DNA of 64,000 nt, taken from NCBI GenBank assembly GCA_964016885.1, contig OZ024759.1, forward strand, positions 34,410,001 through 34,474,000, read 5' to 3'. The DNA comes from Eledone cirrhosa. Taxonomy: Eukaryota. Under the pieces are notes generated by a model. It made no database searches. It had not been told where the DNA came from and saw nothing but the letters and a program-made list of their open reading frames with translations. A program made the position numbers and the translations under genes. The first letter of the stretch is position 1, and each line of letters starts with the position of its first letter. Shown one piece after another: positions 38,291-53,083 of this stretch.

Positions 38291-39810
38291 CAAGTCAAAT
38301 AGTCAATATGACGAACATCTTATTCCATCCAGTTTTATTTGGCCGTAGTTTCTGAGAGGAAAGGAGAAAAGAAGGAGAAAAACCTAAGATACAGACAGAA
38401 TCAAAATGGCGGACAGTAATAGTTGCAGAGTTGAGTCTTAAGATGTCTTCCTAGCAATGACGGCTGAATGACGAGAGGATGCGGGGGGGATCGAACAGTC
38501 TTTAATGTAGTGTATATATTATGTATTTAGGTATATTGGTATGTAGGTATGTTGGTATGTTGGTATGAATGTAGATTGATGTATGTGTGTGTAGGTTGGT
38601 GTGTATGTAGGTTGATGTGAGTGTACATACGTATGTGTACGTATGTATGTATATATCTATGTACGTGTGTTTGTATGTATGTATATAGCAACGTATGTAT
38701 GAAGGTATGTATCTGTGTATATGTGTGTGTATGTATGTATGTATGTATGTATTTGTGTCTGTATGTATATAGGTATGTATCTGTGTGTGTATAGGTATGT
38801 ATGTATGTGTGTGTGTGTACATGTGTATGTATATGTATGTATATGAATGTATGTATGTGTGTATGTAGGTACGTAGGTAGATGTATGTGTGATGGAGTGC
38901 GTCACCGATATTGGCAGCCATGTTGTGTATGAATGGAAGGGAGGTAATGATGAACGATCGAATGGCCGAGGGCAATGTTTGGTGGGGAAGATAAAAAACA
39001 TATAAAAAGGACTTTTACGATTGTGGTGGGAGGGGGAGGGGGGAGGGTTTAAGGAGGAGGAAGGGGATACAAAGAAAAAGGCTGGGGGACGCAGGCGGAG
39101 AGGATGGAAAGAGGAGGGGGCCTTGGAATATAGGATTTGTGGAAGAAAGGGGATGGGGTGTAGGGAGAGGATTCGAGGGGGGTAGGAGGGGGAGATGATG
39201 AGGAGAAAAGAGAGCTAGGTCGACCATTGTGTTTGCATGTGGTCTATGTATGTATGTGTGTGTATATATGTGTATGTATGTTTTTATGTACGTGTTTGAA
39301 TGTATGTGTATATATATGTTTGTGTGTATATATATATCTGTGTGTGTGTATGTATGCATGTGTATATATGTGTATGTATGTGTTTTTATGTACGTGTGTT
39401 TGAATGTATGTGTATATATATATGTGTGTGTGTATGTGTGTGTATGTATGTTTGTGTGTGCGTATGTATGTATGTGTGTGTATGTATGTGTTTGTATGTA
39501 TGTATGTATGTGTGTATACGTATGTATGTGCATGCATGTGTGTGTGTGAGTGTGTTCGATTTGACTCGGGCACCTGTGTCTGTTCTACTGGACTATATAT
39601 TATATGGAGTAGGAGAAATAGAGTATTAGGAAGAAGATTAGAAGGTGGCGTGGTTGCTGAAGGTTGGAATGGGTCGATATGGCCTGGAAGGGAGATTTTA
39701 GTGAGAAACTTTGGAAATACAGAGAGGGAGAAAGAATAAGCCGAAAGTGAAGGATTGGCGATTGAAAGGAGAATGTTCGATTGTGCCATCTAATTTAGGT
39801 GTTTGAGTGT

Positions 39811-39865
<55 letters not shown>

Positions 39866-39869
<4 letters not shown>

Positions 39870-40060
39870 AAAATGTTTAACCCCGACGGCAGAGCTCAAG
39901 CCATTTCGACGGCTATTTCTGGACTATAAATAGCTGTCGAAACGGCTTCAGCTCTGCCATCAGGGTTAAACATTTTCCTATTACCCACTCTACTACCCTA
40001 AATATTGAGTACTCTGGTGCGTTATGGTCCATCTGATTCCTTACCACACTTCCTTCGTTA
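39866..40060 (+). mobile_element. Family A fold-back element (palindrome 39866-39981 plus tail)
   Basis: taggaaaatgtttaaccc / gggttaaacattttccta arms; gtcGAAACGG; tail to (TA)n. Confidence 0.8.
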
Positions 40061-40230
40061 TATATATATATATATATATATAAAATGATACGAAACGAAA
40101 GGAGCTGTCTGGTTACTAAAAGCAAGGTTTATGATGGTGATTAGGAAGGTGGAGGAGAAAAGAAAAAAGTATATATATATATATGTATTTGTTTTGCAAA
40201 GTTTTGGGTATGAAATCGTGTGTCGAAACA

Positions 40231-40403
40231 AATATTGTTATACTTGGGGAGGGTCGTATTGTTGTAATCATATTGCCAGAAATAATAACAAATAATTTAA
40301 CTATGGAGATATAAAAGATACAGAAGCGAAAACCAACTAAACAGTGACTGTGTTCTGTTATTATTTCTGGCAATGTTACAACAATATGACCCTCGCCAAC
40401 ACT

Positions 40404-40410
<7 letters not shown>
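40231..40410. repeat. Imperfect inverted repeat (~55-bp arms) ending at (TA)n
   Basis: gagggtcgtattgttgtaa..attgccagaaataataaca / tgttattatttctggcaat..ttacaacaatatgaccctc. Confidence 0.75.
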
Positions 40411-40459
<49 letters not shown>

Positions 40460-40653
40460 CCGTATGTAGTTGACGGCCAAAAGAGAAGAATGCTCAATAC
40501 CCAAATAGATTTTAAATATTTTATTTGGCTAAATATTGAGTATTTGCCTGCTGCAGGAGTAAGTGGAAATCTAGGGTAACAAGACCCAGTATTTCACCAT
40601 AATATACATAATCAGAAACTGTAGAAATCCTAAACACAAAAGGTAACTGCAAG

Positions 40654-41437
40654 CAGTGGCGGACTGGTCAGGTTACCATGTTGCCTAATGGCAAGTGGGC
40701 TCCATGGGCTCCCACGGTAGCATTGCAAGAGCCCACTGTAGTGTTTTAGGGGCCAATGCTTTGCTTTCAAAAAAATACCTGAAGTCTAAGAGAAAGAATA
40801 ATTTTTTTTTAAATAAATAAAACAATTAAGCAAAGCAATTGGCCAACCAATTCCCCAGGGAATTACTAGAAACCAAAATATACGATAGTGCAAATAGCTG
40901 GAATCAGTAGTTGTACATTCTACTAAATCTAAAGCTTAGTGTATTAATTCATACATGCAAACATACATATATAGAGACAGTCACACAAACATATATATAT
41001 GTATATATATATATACTGACACACGAACTACTGACCAAATAATATTTGGTATCAATGGGTTAAAGACATCTGATGAGGTGCACCGAGACAAATACAAAAT
41101 TACAATGAAAATTGATAATTATAAACCTACTTTCAAAATCAAGTTAAAATGATGTGGTGTGGTGTGGTTCATTGTTTTCCTAGAGCTATTAGTAACATTT
41201 AGGGTCGATTTCTGGTCATTATTGAAAGTCTCTGGATTTCGCAAAATACATAATATTTTTTATTGGAGAAGTTAAGTTATTTTTCCGTAAAAATTTGATT
41301 GCACTGTTTTGTTTCCACTTATGTATTTTTCGAAAATGTTATTTATTCATTATAAAAATTAAATGATAGCATTCTATATGTAGGTGGGCCCCCTTCATCT
41401 CCTGGCAACCAATATTTTTAGACCCAGTCCGCCACTG
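40654..41437. mobile_element. hAT-type MITE (784 bp)
   Basis: 14-bp perfect TIRs CAGTGGCGGACTGG / CCAGTCCGCCACTG; 8-bp flanks ACTGCAAG / ACTGTAAA (6/8 match, likely decayed TSD); no ORF. Confidence 0.8.
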
Positions 41438-41772
41438 ACTGTAAATACAGTCGATTGCTATTGATATCTAAGAAAAGATCAGGTAAATAGACGAAAAATT
41501 GTGATCAGAGGCCGCTACGAATTTTCGTACCCCATACAATTATTCTGAGCGCACCAAAATCATTGAGCAAAACTGCTTTTGAAATACACCCATGTATACA
41601 TATATAATATATATGTTTTTCTACTATATATAGTGTAAAACTAATATATTTCCTCATTGTACTGTGTTGTTTGTTTTGTTATTTCTGTTTGCCTTTTGTG
41701 CCTTTTGCATATATATATATATATATATATATATACGCATACTTGTTCTATTTTTCGCAAGCACATGGCTCA

Positions 41773-41832
<60 letters not shown>

Positions 41833-42448
41833 CGATAGATAGACGTGTGTGTGTGTGAGTGTGGAATGAGATTGCAAGACTGTTTACATAAAGGATACCC
41901 TTAGGAATCAATTTCTGTTTTCCTGGATTTTTCATGAAGGAAAAATGGCCTGGTCTCACGGATTACGGAATTAATAGTTGTAGCCTGTATAACTTTCCTC
42001 TGCCTCTATTACTGACAAGTAGTCTACAGTGACAACAACACAAACAACATCCATTGTTTAGGGGGATATAATGATGGAAGGAAATTAAAACATAATATTT
42101 ATATAGTATCTGTGTTCAAAATGGCGGATAAATTCTTTTCTGCAAAAAGTATTGGAAGGAAATATTATCGTTCAAACCATAAAATACATTTATCTCTCAT
42201 TGATACGCATGTATATAGTCATGCATACAAATACCTGTGTATACATACATAGGTATATATATATATATATATATATCATACATACACACGTATATATCTA
42301 TCATACATATAGGCATACATATATATATATATATGTGTGTGTGTGTTTTCGTGAGTCTTTGATGTGTGTTTAAATGTAATGGTATACACGTGTGTTTGCG
42401 TGTGTACACATAAAAGAACATTTGAACAATGAAATAAAACACTTTACA

Positions 42449-42502
<54 letters not shown>

Positions 42503-42521
42503 AGTAAATTTATATATACAA

Positions 42522-42552
<31 letters not shown>

Positions 42553-42889
42553 AGTAAATATATATATACAAACGTGTATACATGTAAAACTCAATTCATT
42601 AGACAAATCACATGCACGCTACTGTTACCATCTCGACCCCCCCCCCCCTCCCTACCAACACTTTACCCCCCCCCCCCCCCCCATCTCTTCTCATATTATC
42701 TTTTCCCTTTCTCAGAACACGCACCTGTTTTTCAATTTCACCCACCACCACCACCACCATATACCTCTCCCCCTCCAAATCGTGCTAGTCCTATATGTCT
42801 CCCACCCCTCAGCACTACCCCACCTATATAACTCCCACCGCCGCCACCACCCACACCTCCTATATTATCTACCACCGCCACCAGCACCA

Positions 42890-43310
42890 CCCACGTCTCC
42901 TATATATCTACCACACCACCCCCAACACAACACCCTCCTATATATCTACCACCCCCAACACAACCCCCTCCTGTATATCTACCACACCACCCCCAACACC
43001 CTCCTACATATCTACCACCCCCAACACCACCCCAACACCACCCCCTCCTATATATCTACCACCCCCAACACAACACCCTCCTATATATCTACCACACCAC
43101 CCCCTCCTATATATCTACCACCCCAACACCACCCCCTCCTATATATCTACCACCCCCAACACAACACCCTCCTATATATCTACCACACCACCCCCTCCTA
43201 TATATCTACCACCCCAACACCACCTCCTCCTATATATCTACCAACACCACCCCCTCCTATATATCTACCACCCCAACACCACCACCCCCTATATATCTAC
43301 CTCACCCCCC
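42890..43310. repeat. C-rich minisatellite (cctcctatatatctaccac..)
   Basis: Direct inspection. Confidence 0.9.
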
Positions 43311-43706
43311 ACGTCTCCAACCTCACAATTTTAATACAAATATTTCTTTTGTCCATCTCACATATATTTCATTTACAAATTCCTTTCTTGGTCTTTTCTT
43401 CTTCTACATCTTACTTTTGGTTTCTTGATCTCTCTCTATCTCTATCTCTATCGATCTCTCTCTCTCTATCGATCTCTCTCTCTCAGCCTTTTGTCTCTTT
43501 CTCTCTTTCTCCCTTCATCTCTCTCTCTCTCCCTTCATCTCTCTATCCAATTCTCTCTCTCTCTGTCTCTTCCTCTCCTCCATCTGGACTACTAAATCCC
43601 TCACCCACCCACCATGTCAATCACTCAAACAGATCAATCATTTAATCAATCAATTGCATTACTCCGGACAGAGAATTTTACATACATACACTCACATATC
43701 TATTCT

Positions 43707-43766
<60 letters not shown>

Positions 43767-43771
43767 GGAAT

Positions 43772-43823
<52 letters not shown>

Positions 43824-43903
43824 TATGGAATACTGTTGGCTTCTTGCCACAATACTTTCTATACCTTTCATTTATATATATATATATATATATATATACT
43901 CAT

Positions 43904-43969
<66 letters not shown>

Positions 43970-44518
43970 TAATAATTCAATTGCAACGGAATTGTTTCCT
44001 GCTAACTCTGTGTGCGTATGTGTGTGCCTCTGTGTGTGTGTGTGTGTGTGTGTGTTTGTGTGTATCAGTGTCTATGTGTGTGTATATGTTTGTATTTGGG
44101 TTTGTGTTTGAGTGAGTTTGAGTGTATGTCTGTGTGTATCTGTTTGTGTGTGTGCATGTGTGTGTGTGTGCATGTGTGTGTGTGTTTGTGTGTGCATAAT
44201 TCCACAGTCTTCAAGGATTAATATCAGCCAAGAAAGAGGGGAACATCTACATGGTCGCCACATCTGCTAGAGATGATAGCCACATCTTCCTCAAACAATA
44301 CACTACACTACCACCACCAGCACTACTTACGACACTGCTAATGACGATAGCACCAAATATAACAACAACAACAACACACCAGACCAACAAACCAGCCACG
44401 ACGTTTTGAACCTTATTAAACCCTCTATTTCACCTCCCTCCAAATTCATCTCTCTCTCTCTCTCTCACTCTCTCTCTCTGTCTATATATATATATATATA
44501 TATATATGTAGCAACCTA

Positions 44519-44570
<52 letters not shown>

Positions 44571-44641
44571 TATCTCCTTCTCTATCTCTATATATCTCTT
44601 CCCCTCTCTCTCTATATATATATATCTCTTCCCCCCCTCTA

Positions 44642-44678
<37 letters not shown>

Positions 44679-44816
44679 TTCTCTTCCTTCAACCCTCTTC
44701 CCCTCCCTATACCACGTACTCTTCCTACTACTCTCTCTACCTGTCACATCACCATATATAACTTCTTAATTCTAAGAAACATACTTATGTACTTAACTAA
44801 ATGTAAACTGGAATGC

Positions 44817-44879
<63 letters not shown>

Positions 44880-45079
44880 CATGTCTATAGGCATTTGTCT
44901 TTTCCTTCCCCCCACCACACACACACCCAGACACTCTCTCTCTCTCCTCTCCCTACCCTCTTTCCTGTCTTTCTGTGTGTGTGTGTGTCTGAATATATGA
45001 GTATTTCTGTGTGTATCTGTATATATGGATATGTGTGCCTGTATATTTATAGATATATGTGTGTCTGTATATTTATGCA

Positions 45080-45136
<57 letters not shown>

Positions 45137-45220
45137 GTGTGTGTGTGTATACTTCTCTCTCCCGTCTTTCTGCATATGTGTGTATATATGTGTATATATC
45201 TATAAGTGTGTGTGTATATC

Positions 45221-45278
<58 letters not shown>

Positions 45279-45373
45279 ATGTGTCTGTGTACATCTCTCT
45301 CTCCTGTATTGTGTATGTGTATATATGTGTATATATGTGTGTATTTGTGTATATCTATATGTATGTATATGTA

Positions 45374-45436
<63 letters not shown>

Positions 45437-45642
45437 TGTGTGTGTGTGTGTGTATTACTCCCTCCCCCTCAGCCCCCTTACCTCTGTCATTTCTATATTT
45501 TCCCTTTTACATCTCCGCCATTTTATATTTACATTCTCAATGTTGTACATTTCTCAAATATCGTTCATTGGCGGCCATTTTTCGTTTTGCAATGGCCGCA
45601 ACTCTACTTTGTTTAATATCATTACATACCTACTTTTGGTAA

Positions 45643-45768
45643 GGGTGGACGGTGGATTGGCAGTATTGGTGGATAGAATTGTGGCCCATTACGTTCTGAG
45701 TTCAAATCCTGCCGAGGTTAACTTTGCCTTTCAACCTTACGAGGTAGATAAAATAAAGTACCAGTAAT
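45643..45768 (+). mobile_element. Type 1 SINE, internally deleted
   Basis: ggtggattggcagt..GAGTTCAAATCC..tttgcctttca..gataaaataaagtaccagtaat. Confidence 0.72.
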
Positions 45769-45785
45769 ACAGAATCTGTTCATTA

Positions 45786-45996
45786 TACCCACTCTACTAC
45801 CCTAAGTATCGAGTACTCTGGTGCGTTATGGTCCACCTGGTCTTTTTTACCAAACTTTATCTGATATATATATATATATTTATATATATATTTATATATA
45901 TATATATATATATATATAACGAAGGAAATGTGGTAAGGAACCAGGTGGACCATAACGCGCCAAAGTACTCAATACTTAGGGTAGTAGAGTGGGTAA
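45786..45996. mobile_element. Two family A tails, inverted about a (TA)n tract
   Basis: tacccactctactaccctaagtat.. (45786-45855) and its reverse complement (45918-45996). Confidence 0.78.
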
Positions 45997-46010
45997 TATA
46001 TATATATATA

Positions 46011-46203
46011 TAATTGAATATAAAAGAGAGATAAACACAGATATAAACATACATATGTTCAAATAGTAAGGGACCAGGTTCGCTACGGTGAAAAAAATAC
46101 TAACTAATAGTTAGTATTTTTTTCACCCCAGCGAACCTGGTCCCTTACTATTTGAACATATGTATGTTTATATCTGTCTTTATCTCTCTTTTATATTCAA
46201 TTA
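46011..46203. repeat. Near-perfect 193-bp palindrome (centre 46107)
   Basis: ~96-bp arms, 1-nt loop, adjacent to (TA)n. Confidence 0.9.
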
Positions 46204-46316
46204 TATTCAATTATATTCAATTATATTACACGGCTCAGAAAAACCTCTTTCTTTGAGCTATTTAAGAGACTATTTTGAGTCTCTAACTCAATATATACCT
46301 TTGATATATATATATA

Positions 46317-46369
<53 letters not shown>

Positions 46370-46376
<7 letters not shown>

Positions 46377-46514
46377 CAAAAGATGATTAAACGAGTTCCA
46401 AGTATTTTATTATGCGCATTTCAAAAACAAATTATACTCCAGTACTACAAACTGTAGAGTGCTACTTATCCGATATTTGCATTGCTTTATTGTGCTACAA
46501 TAAAACTCACCTCC

Positions 46515-46518
<4 letters not shown>
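46370..46518. mobile_element. Family E rearranged fragment (inverted hammerhead 3' half plus tail)
   Basis: tattttattatgcgcatttc, then ctccagtactacaaactgtagagtgc..ctcacctcctaca(TA)n. Confidence 0.7.
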
Positions 46519-46558
<40 letters not shown>

Positions 46559-46756
46559 GTGTGTGTGTATGAGTGAGACGGGAGACAACTGAACTAGGGT
46601 GGGATTCTTTACCTGTATGTTTACGCTCATACTCCAGCGTCTCTTGGCGTCTCCTATAAAAATGTGTGTATATACTACATATATTTACCACTTTAGCTAT
46701 TGGGTGGATTACTTTACAAACACAGAGCGAGAGTGATAAATCCACTCACACACACA

Positions 46757-46825
<69 letters not shown>

Positions 46826-46878
46826 ATTTAAAACTGCACTATCCACAAGTGTTTTTTAGCCTTCATATCATGTTCTCC

Positions 46879-46949
46879 TGTTTTATCTGATGAAAACACA
46901 AATATTATTGCTTGATGATGTTTGTTTTTGAAATGCGCATAATAAAATA
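46879..46949 (+). ncRNA. Type I hammerhead (family E) in element ~46822-46982
   Basis: UGUUUUAU-CUGAUGA-AAA..UUU-GAA-AUGCGCAU-A-AUAAAAUA. Confidence 0.75.
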
Positions 46950-46999
46950 TATGGAACTCCTTTAACCATCTTTTGATCTTATATATATATATATATATG

Positions 47000-47192
47000 T
47001 ATTTAATATAGAAAGGCTTCTACTGGAATAGAACTGTTTCATTCGGGAGAAATTATCAGGGTTTCCTGATGATTGAATGAAACAGTTCTACTCCTGTAGG
47101 AGCCTTTCTATATTAAATATTTAAACTCTGCTTTGAACTCTGCTTTGTATTGAGTACCTTACTTACTGTGTTTATGCCCGATTGAACCCGGG

Positions 47193-47200
<8 letters not shown>
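47000..47200 (+). mobile_element. Family B fold-back element, hammerhead 47059-47105
   Basis: GGGUUUC-CUGAUGA-uugaau-GAAACAG..CUGUA-GGAGCCU; stem II reduced; 13-bp duplication in tail. Confidence 0.75.
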
Positions 47201-47264
<64 letters not shown>

Positions 47265-47727
47265 GCAAACACAATGATAGATTCATAAACACACATATAT
47301 AGACCCACACACGCACGCACACACACGCACACAGCCAGACACACACACGCACACAGCCAGACACACACACACACAGACAGACACAGACACTCACACTCAC
47401 TCACACACACCCATACACACATACAGACACACACTCATAGGCAGACATATAGACACACAAACTCTCCCTTCCTGCCCCAATCTCTCACCCTCACTCCCAT
47501 CCATTCATTTTTTCAATCACATTCAAACAGCAAACCTATAATTAGATATGTATATTAGAGGCGTATCAATAAATTTGTCTACATATCTATACAAATGTAC
47601 TTTACATGCATGCAAGTAAACATGCTAACAAAGGAGGTGTAGGTGGGTACGTGTTAGGTGGGTACGTGTGTAGGTATGTGGGTGTGTGCGTGGGTGGGGG
47701 AGATGTTGTTATACATATAATTATATG

Positions 47728-47768
<41 letters not shown>

Positions 47769-47835
47769 TTGTTTATATGTATTTATATTTGTGTTTATAT
47801 TAATATGTATTTATATTTATAAGTATTTATATTTG

Positions 47836-47905
<70 letters not shown>

Positions 47906-47981
47906 TAACAAATGGAAACTATATTTATAAAACCATATTTATTTCATTATCCCAACAAATTAAATATAACTCCTACATATA

Positions 47982-48012
<31 letters not shown>

Positions 48013-48016
<4 letters not shown>

Positions 48017-48144
48017 TTCTGAAGACAGCATATATATGTGTAGGTATGTATATTCCCTCTGATAGTTTGTAAAACTTTTACATAGAGCTATATGATATAC
48101 ATTCCAACACACACATATATATCCTAGAAACGATCGTAAATTGA
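48013..48144 (+). ncRNA. Candidate hammerhead with ~100-nt extended stem II
   Basis: CUGAAGA (48019) ... GAA-ACGAUCGU-A (48127-48138); stem I weak or truncated by (TA)n. Confidence 0.5.
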
Positions 48145-48454
48145 TGAATTTTTTAATATGAGGAACTGTTTCTTTGTTTTTATTCATTATTTTTATTAAT
48201 TTATATATATATATATACATTTGTATATATGTATTTATATTTATAAGTATTTATATTTATTTTATATATATATATTATTATTCTATATATAGAGAGAGAT
48301 AAAGAGAGAGATATGTATATATTTGTTTATATGTATTTATATGTATTTATATTTATAAGTATTTATATTTATTTTATATATATATTATTATTCTAGAGAT
48401 ATGTATATATTTGTTTATATGTATTTATATGTATTTATATTTGTTTTATATATT

Positions 48455-48489
<35 letters not shown>

Positions 48490-48497
48490 GGGGGAGA

Positions 48498-48542
<45 letters not shown>

Positions 48543-48800
48543 TTTGCTTAAGTATGTAACTCTAAGTTCGATAATGGTCTCGCTAGTAATATCTCATCCA
48601 TATATCTACGTATAAGAACAGCTTTGTAACATATATATAATATATATATATATATATAATATAGACATATAATATAGACATATAGATGTATGTACATATA
48701 GTAATATACATACACACGCACTATGTCATGTATCTTAGCATGTGCGTGACTAATTGTAATTATACAGCCATAAACATATATAAGCACAGAAAATATTTTG

Positions 48801-48901
<101 letters not shown>

Positions 48902-49011
48902 TTATTAAAATAACAGATATATATATAATCAGGCAAATTTGAATAGAATTTCAAAAATCATAATTATAAACACACGCATGCACACTGTATAACACCAGTG
49001 ACAGGATTAAC

Positions 49012-49097
<86 letters not shown>

Positions 49098-49161
49098 TTT
49101 ATTATCTGATGAGGACGTACTCAAAAAACACCACAATACTTCCGAAATATATATAATAAAA
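49098..49161 (+). ncRNA. Type I hammerhead (family D)
   Basis: UUUAUUAU-CUGAUGA-GGAcGUA..UACuUCC-GAA-AUAUAUAU-A-AUAAAA. Confidence 0.68.
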
Positions 49162-49524
49162 CATATATTTTGATTATGTGAATGTATCCCTTTATTAATA
49201 TTTTGAATAATATATATATATGTATGAATGTATATATATATGTATGTATATATATATATATATATGTATGTTATAGAATTCTATAAACACGGGTGTACAT
49301 CAAACATTCCCTTTATGTATATAATATGCTTGTATATATGTTTGTGTGTGTGTGTATGTATATATATGTGTATATGTATGTGTATATATGTGTGTGTGTG
49401 TGTATATATATGTCTATATGTGTATATGTGTGTGTGTATATATATATATGTGTGTCTATGTGTGTATATATATATGTCTATCTGTGTGCGTGTATATGTG
49501 TGTGTATATATGTATATATGTAGG

Positions 49525-49715
49525 CGCCATGGTAAGAAAGCACCCAATCCACTCTGTATGTGAGGTTGGTGTTAGGAAGGGCATCTACTGTAGAAACCAA
49601 ACCAAAAGTCAGCTCTATATAAGCAAGATATGTCCACCTGACCATAGCATTGCTCACAACATAATAACTCGTCTAACCCATGCTAGCAAGGGAGAATATA
49701 CGTTAAACGTCTAAT
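49525..49715 (+). mobile_element. SINE-like 3' fragment
   Basis: ggttggtgttaggaagggcatc..tagaaacc..aacccatgctagca..acgttaaac pattern, recognised from memory only. Confidence 0.45.
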
Positions 49716-49747
49716 CTGCATATATATATATATATATATATATATAA

Positions 49748-50031
49748 TGTAGGAGGTGAGTTTTATTGTAGTACAATAAAGCAATGCAGATATCGGATAT
49801 GAAGCACTCTACAGTTTGTAGGACTGGAGTATATATAATATATATAAGATCAAAAGATGGTTAAAAGAGTTCCATGTATTTTATTATGCGCATTTCAAAA
49901 ACAAATATCATCATGCAATAATATTTGTGTTTTAATCTGATGAAAACACAAAGAATATTGCATGATGATATTTGTTTTTGAAATGCGCATAATAAAATAC
50001 ATGGAACTCTTTTAACCATCGTTTGATCTTA

Positions 50032-50037
<6 letters not shown>
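49748..50037 (-). mobile_element. Family E fold-back element (tail 49748-49832, palindrome ~49838-50037; + strand hammerhead 49928-49999)
   Basis: Arms meet at ttttaatCTGATGAaaa; GAA-AUGCGCAU-A-AUAAAAUA. Confidence 0.8.
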
Positions 50038-50081
<44 letters not shown>

Positions 50082-50083
<2 letters not shown>

Positions 50084-50202
50084 CGAAGGAAATGTGGTAA
50101 GGAACCAGATGGACCATAACGCACCAAAGTACTCAATACTTAGGGTAGTACAGTGGGTAATAGGAACAAGTACGCTCTGCCATCGGGTTTTACTTGTTCC
50201 TA
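50082..50202 (-). mobile_element. Family A tail plus 42-bp mini fold-back
   Basis: Reverse-complement tail, then taggaacaagta..tacttgttccta. Confidence 0.72.
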
Positions 50203-50517
50203 TATATATATAGAGAGAGAGAAATATTAAAACAATGAAATTAAACACAAAACTGTTAATTCATAGTAAAAATAAGATGTGAGAAAAACCACAGACCCTC
50301 CATCTCAACTCTACTTTTGAAAAGCAGAAGAACTGCGAAACCGGTAAAGGAACCAAATAAATATATATATTTTTTTAAATAAGACTCCAGTTGCATTTTC
50401 GATTTCATCTTTTTTTCTTTATATATATATATGTGTTTATATATGTATGTGTGTGTATGTGTATATATATATATGCGTATGTGTGTGTATGTGTATATAT
50501 ATATATATATATGCGTA

Positions 50518-50551
<34 letters not shown>

Positions 50552-50713
50552 GTGTGTGTGTATATATATATATGTATGTGTGTGAGAGTGTAAAGCCTTC
50601 TCGATATACAACCCAATTCTGTCAACCACACGCATCCATATCAGAAGCCACTTAATCTCCTCTAAGAAACCTATGAATTGATACACGTGCTAACACGGAA
50701 AGATTAGACCATC

Positions 50714-50749
<36 letters not shown>

Positions 50750-50760
50750 ATATGTCTGTG

Positions 50761-50799
<39 letters not shown>

Positions 50800-51116
50800 T
50801 GTGTGTGTATAGAGATACATGTAAAAGCCCACATACACATGTATGTATGTATGTATATATTATATATATATGTTTGTGGGTGTTTGTATAGATACATGTA
50901 AAGGCGCACAAACACATGGATCTACGTAAATATATTATATATATATATATATACATACACACACACACATACATATATACATACATACATACATACATAC
51001 ATACATACAGATGATTTTATACACACGCAAATATATTTACTTTTATCCAATCGTAAACATACTATATCTATCTATCTATCTATACATGTATATACATATA
51101 TACATATATACATGCT

Positions 51117-51172
<56 letters not shown>

Positions 51173-52638
51173 TTTTGAATAATCCTTAACAAAACTATGT
51201 CTTCTTTATAAATTCTTCTTCAAGCTTTCAAACCGTTTCTTAAGACGTCTTAAAAATATGTTGGTTTCAGTTGGTTTTACTTTGTTTTTTTTTTCTATCT
51301 ATCTTATGTTTTTATACCTTCCTATCTTTCTTTATATCCTTATTTATTCATTTATTTTATTGGAATACGTTAAAACAAACTGGGTGTCTTCAATGTAGAA
51401 CTATCTTCGATGAGAAAAAAAAATTGGCTGCAAAGAAAAAGAAAAACGTACTCTAAAAATAAAATTGAATGTAAATTACAGGAGTGGTGTTTGTTATAGT
51501 AATGGTGGAAGTTTATGTGAAGGAGAAATTGCAAAATTTACGAAACAAGTTGCAGCTAAAGTGTGAAGAAGTTAATTTTTCTTTAAAAAAAAACAAACTG
51601 ATAGTAGGTTTGGTAGTTGAGAAATGTTTGTGATCTTGTTGACTAGAGTTTTGCGTGGGTGAATTTACAAAATACTTTGCTGAAAATTACGATGGACGAG
51701 AATATAGTTTTCCTGTCACACTTAAAACCCTTTATGATTTTTAGTATATCATACTCATCTCTCTGTCTCTTTTTCTCTCTCTCTCTCTCGTTTTACTTTC
51801 TCTCTCTCGTCTCTTTCTCTCATCTCTTTCTCTCATCTCTTTCTCTCATCTCTTTCTCTCATCTCTTTCTCTCATCTCTTTCTCTCATCTCTTTCTCTCG
51901 TCTCTCTCTCTCTCGTCTCTCTCTCGTCTCTCTCTCTCTCGTCTCTCTCACTCTCATGTCTCTCTCACTCTCATGTCTCTATCTCTTCTCTCTCACCCTC
52001 TCTACATCCCTGTCTCTAGAGCCTAGTGGTGTGTTTGGACTTACAATAATAATGTCGTGAGTTCGATTCCTAGATCTCGTTGTGTTTGGTGTTCTTCAAC
52101 AAAACCGTTCGTTTCACATAGCTCTAATATACTCAGCTGTAAAGCTTTAGTATTTTCACCCCACCCCACCCCTCCTCCCACTAGTTCTTCTCTTTCATTG
52201 AGGCAATCCTCTTGGGGTAACTTCGTTCTGCACTTAGAACTCATTCATGCTATATATATATATATATATATATATACACGTATATATAATTGTGTGCATA
52301 TATATAAGCTCCTAAATTTATTTGAATGGTATATATATATATATATATATATATATAACCATCTTTTGATCTTATATATTATATATATATATATATATAC
52401 CCGTATATGTACGTGTATATATTTATATATATGTAAACGTACACATTTGGATATCTATTTATATATGTATGTATAACTACGATGTAATCATATGGACAAT
52501 TTCCAAGAAACACATTTAGCTGCCATGTTGCATATCTGGCGTGACGATTTAGTAAGCCAATATTTCACTATCTTGGCACCAAAGTCTTAGAGTTGAATGG
52601 AATAATCACAGATTATAATGTTTTTTTTTTATTTTAGC

Positions 52639-52672
<34 letters not shown>

Positions 52673-52728
52673 GTAGAACACTGGAAGGTAATATCCGTAG
52701 TGGTAGAGCACTCAGTCCATGGGACAAG

Positions 52729-52774
<46 letters not shown>

Positions 52775-52779
52775 GTATG

Positions 52780-52844
<65 letters not shown>

Positions 52845-52905
52845 GTATATATATATGTATATATATATGTATATATATATGTATATATATATGTATATAT
52901 ATATG

Positions 52906-52938
<33 letters not shown>

Positions 52939-53083
52939 GTATATATATGTATATATATATGTATATATATATGTATATATATATACATATATATGTATGT
53001 ATATATATATATGTATATACATATATATGCTTATATATATATATATATGTCTATATATATGTTATATATATATATATATTTAT

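Noticed and set aside
39935-39975. Minus-strand CTGATGG in a family A arm
   Set aside because: Explained by CpG decay of CCGACGG seen in the other arm.
41060-41100. CTGATGA-GGTGCACC-GAGAC inside the hAT MITE
   Set aside because: GAGAC instead of GAAAC, and no stem I or stem III pairing.
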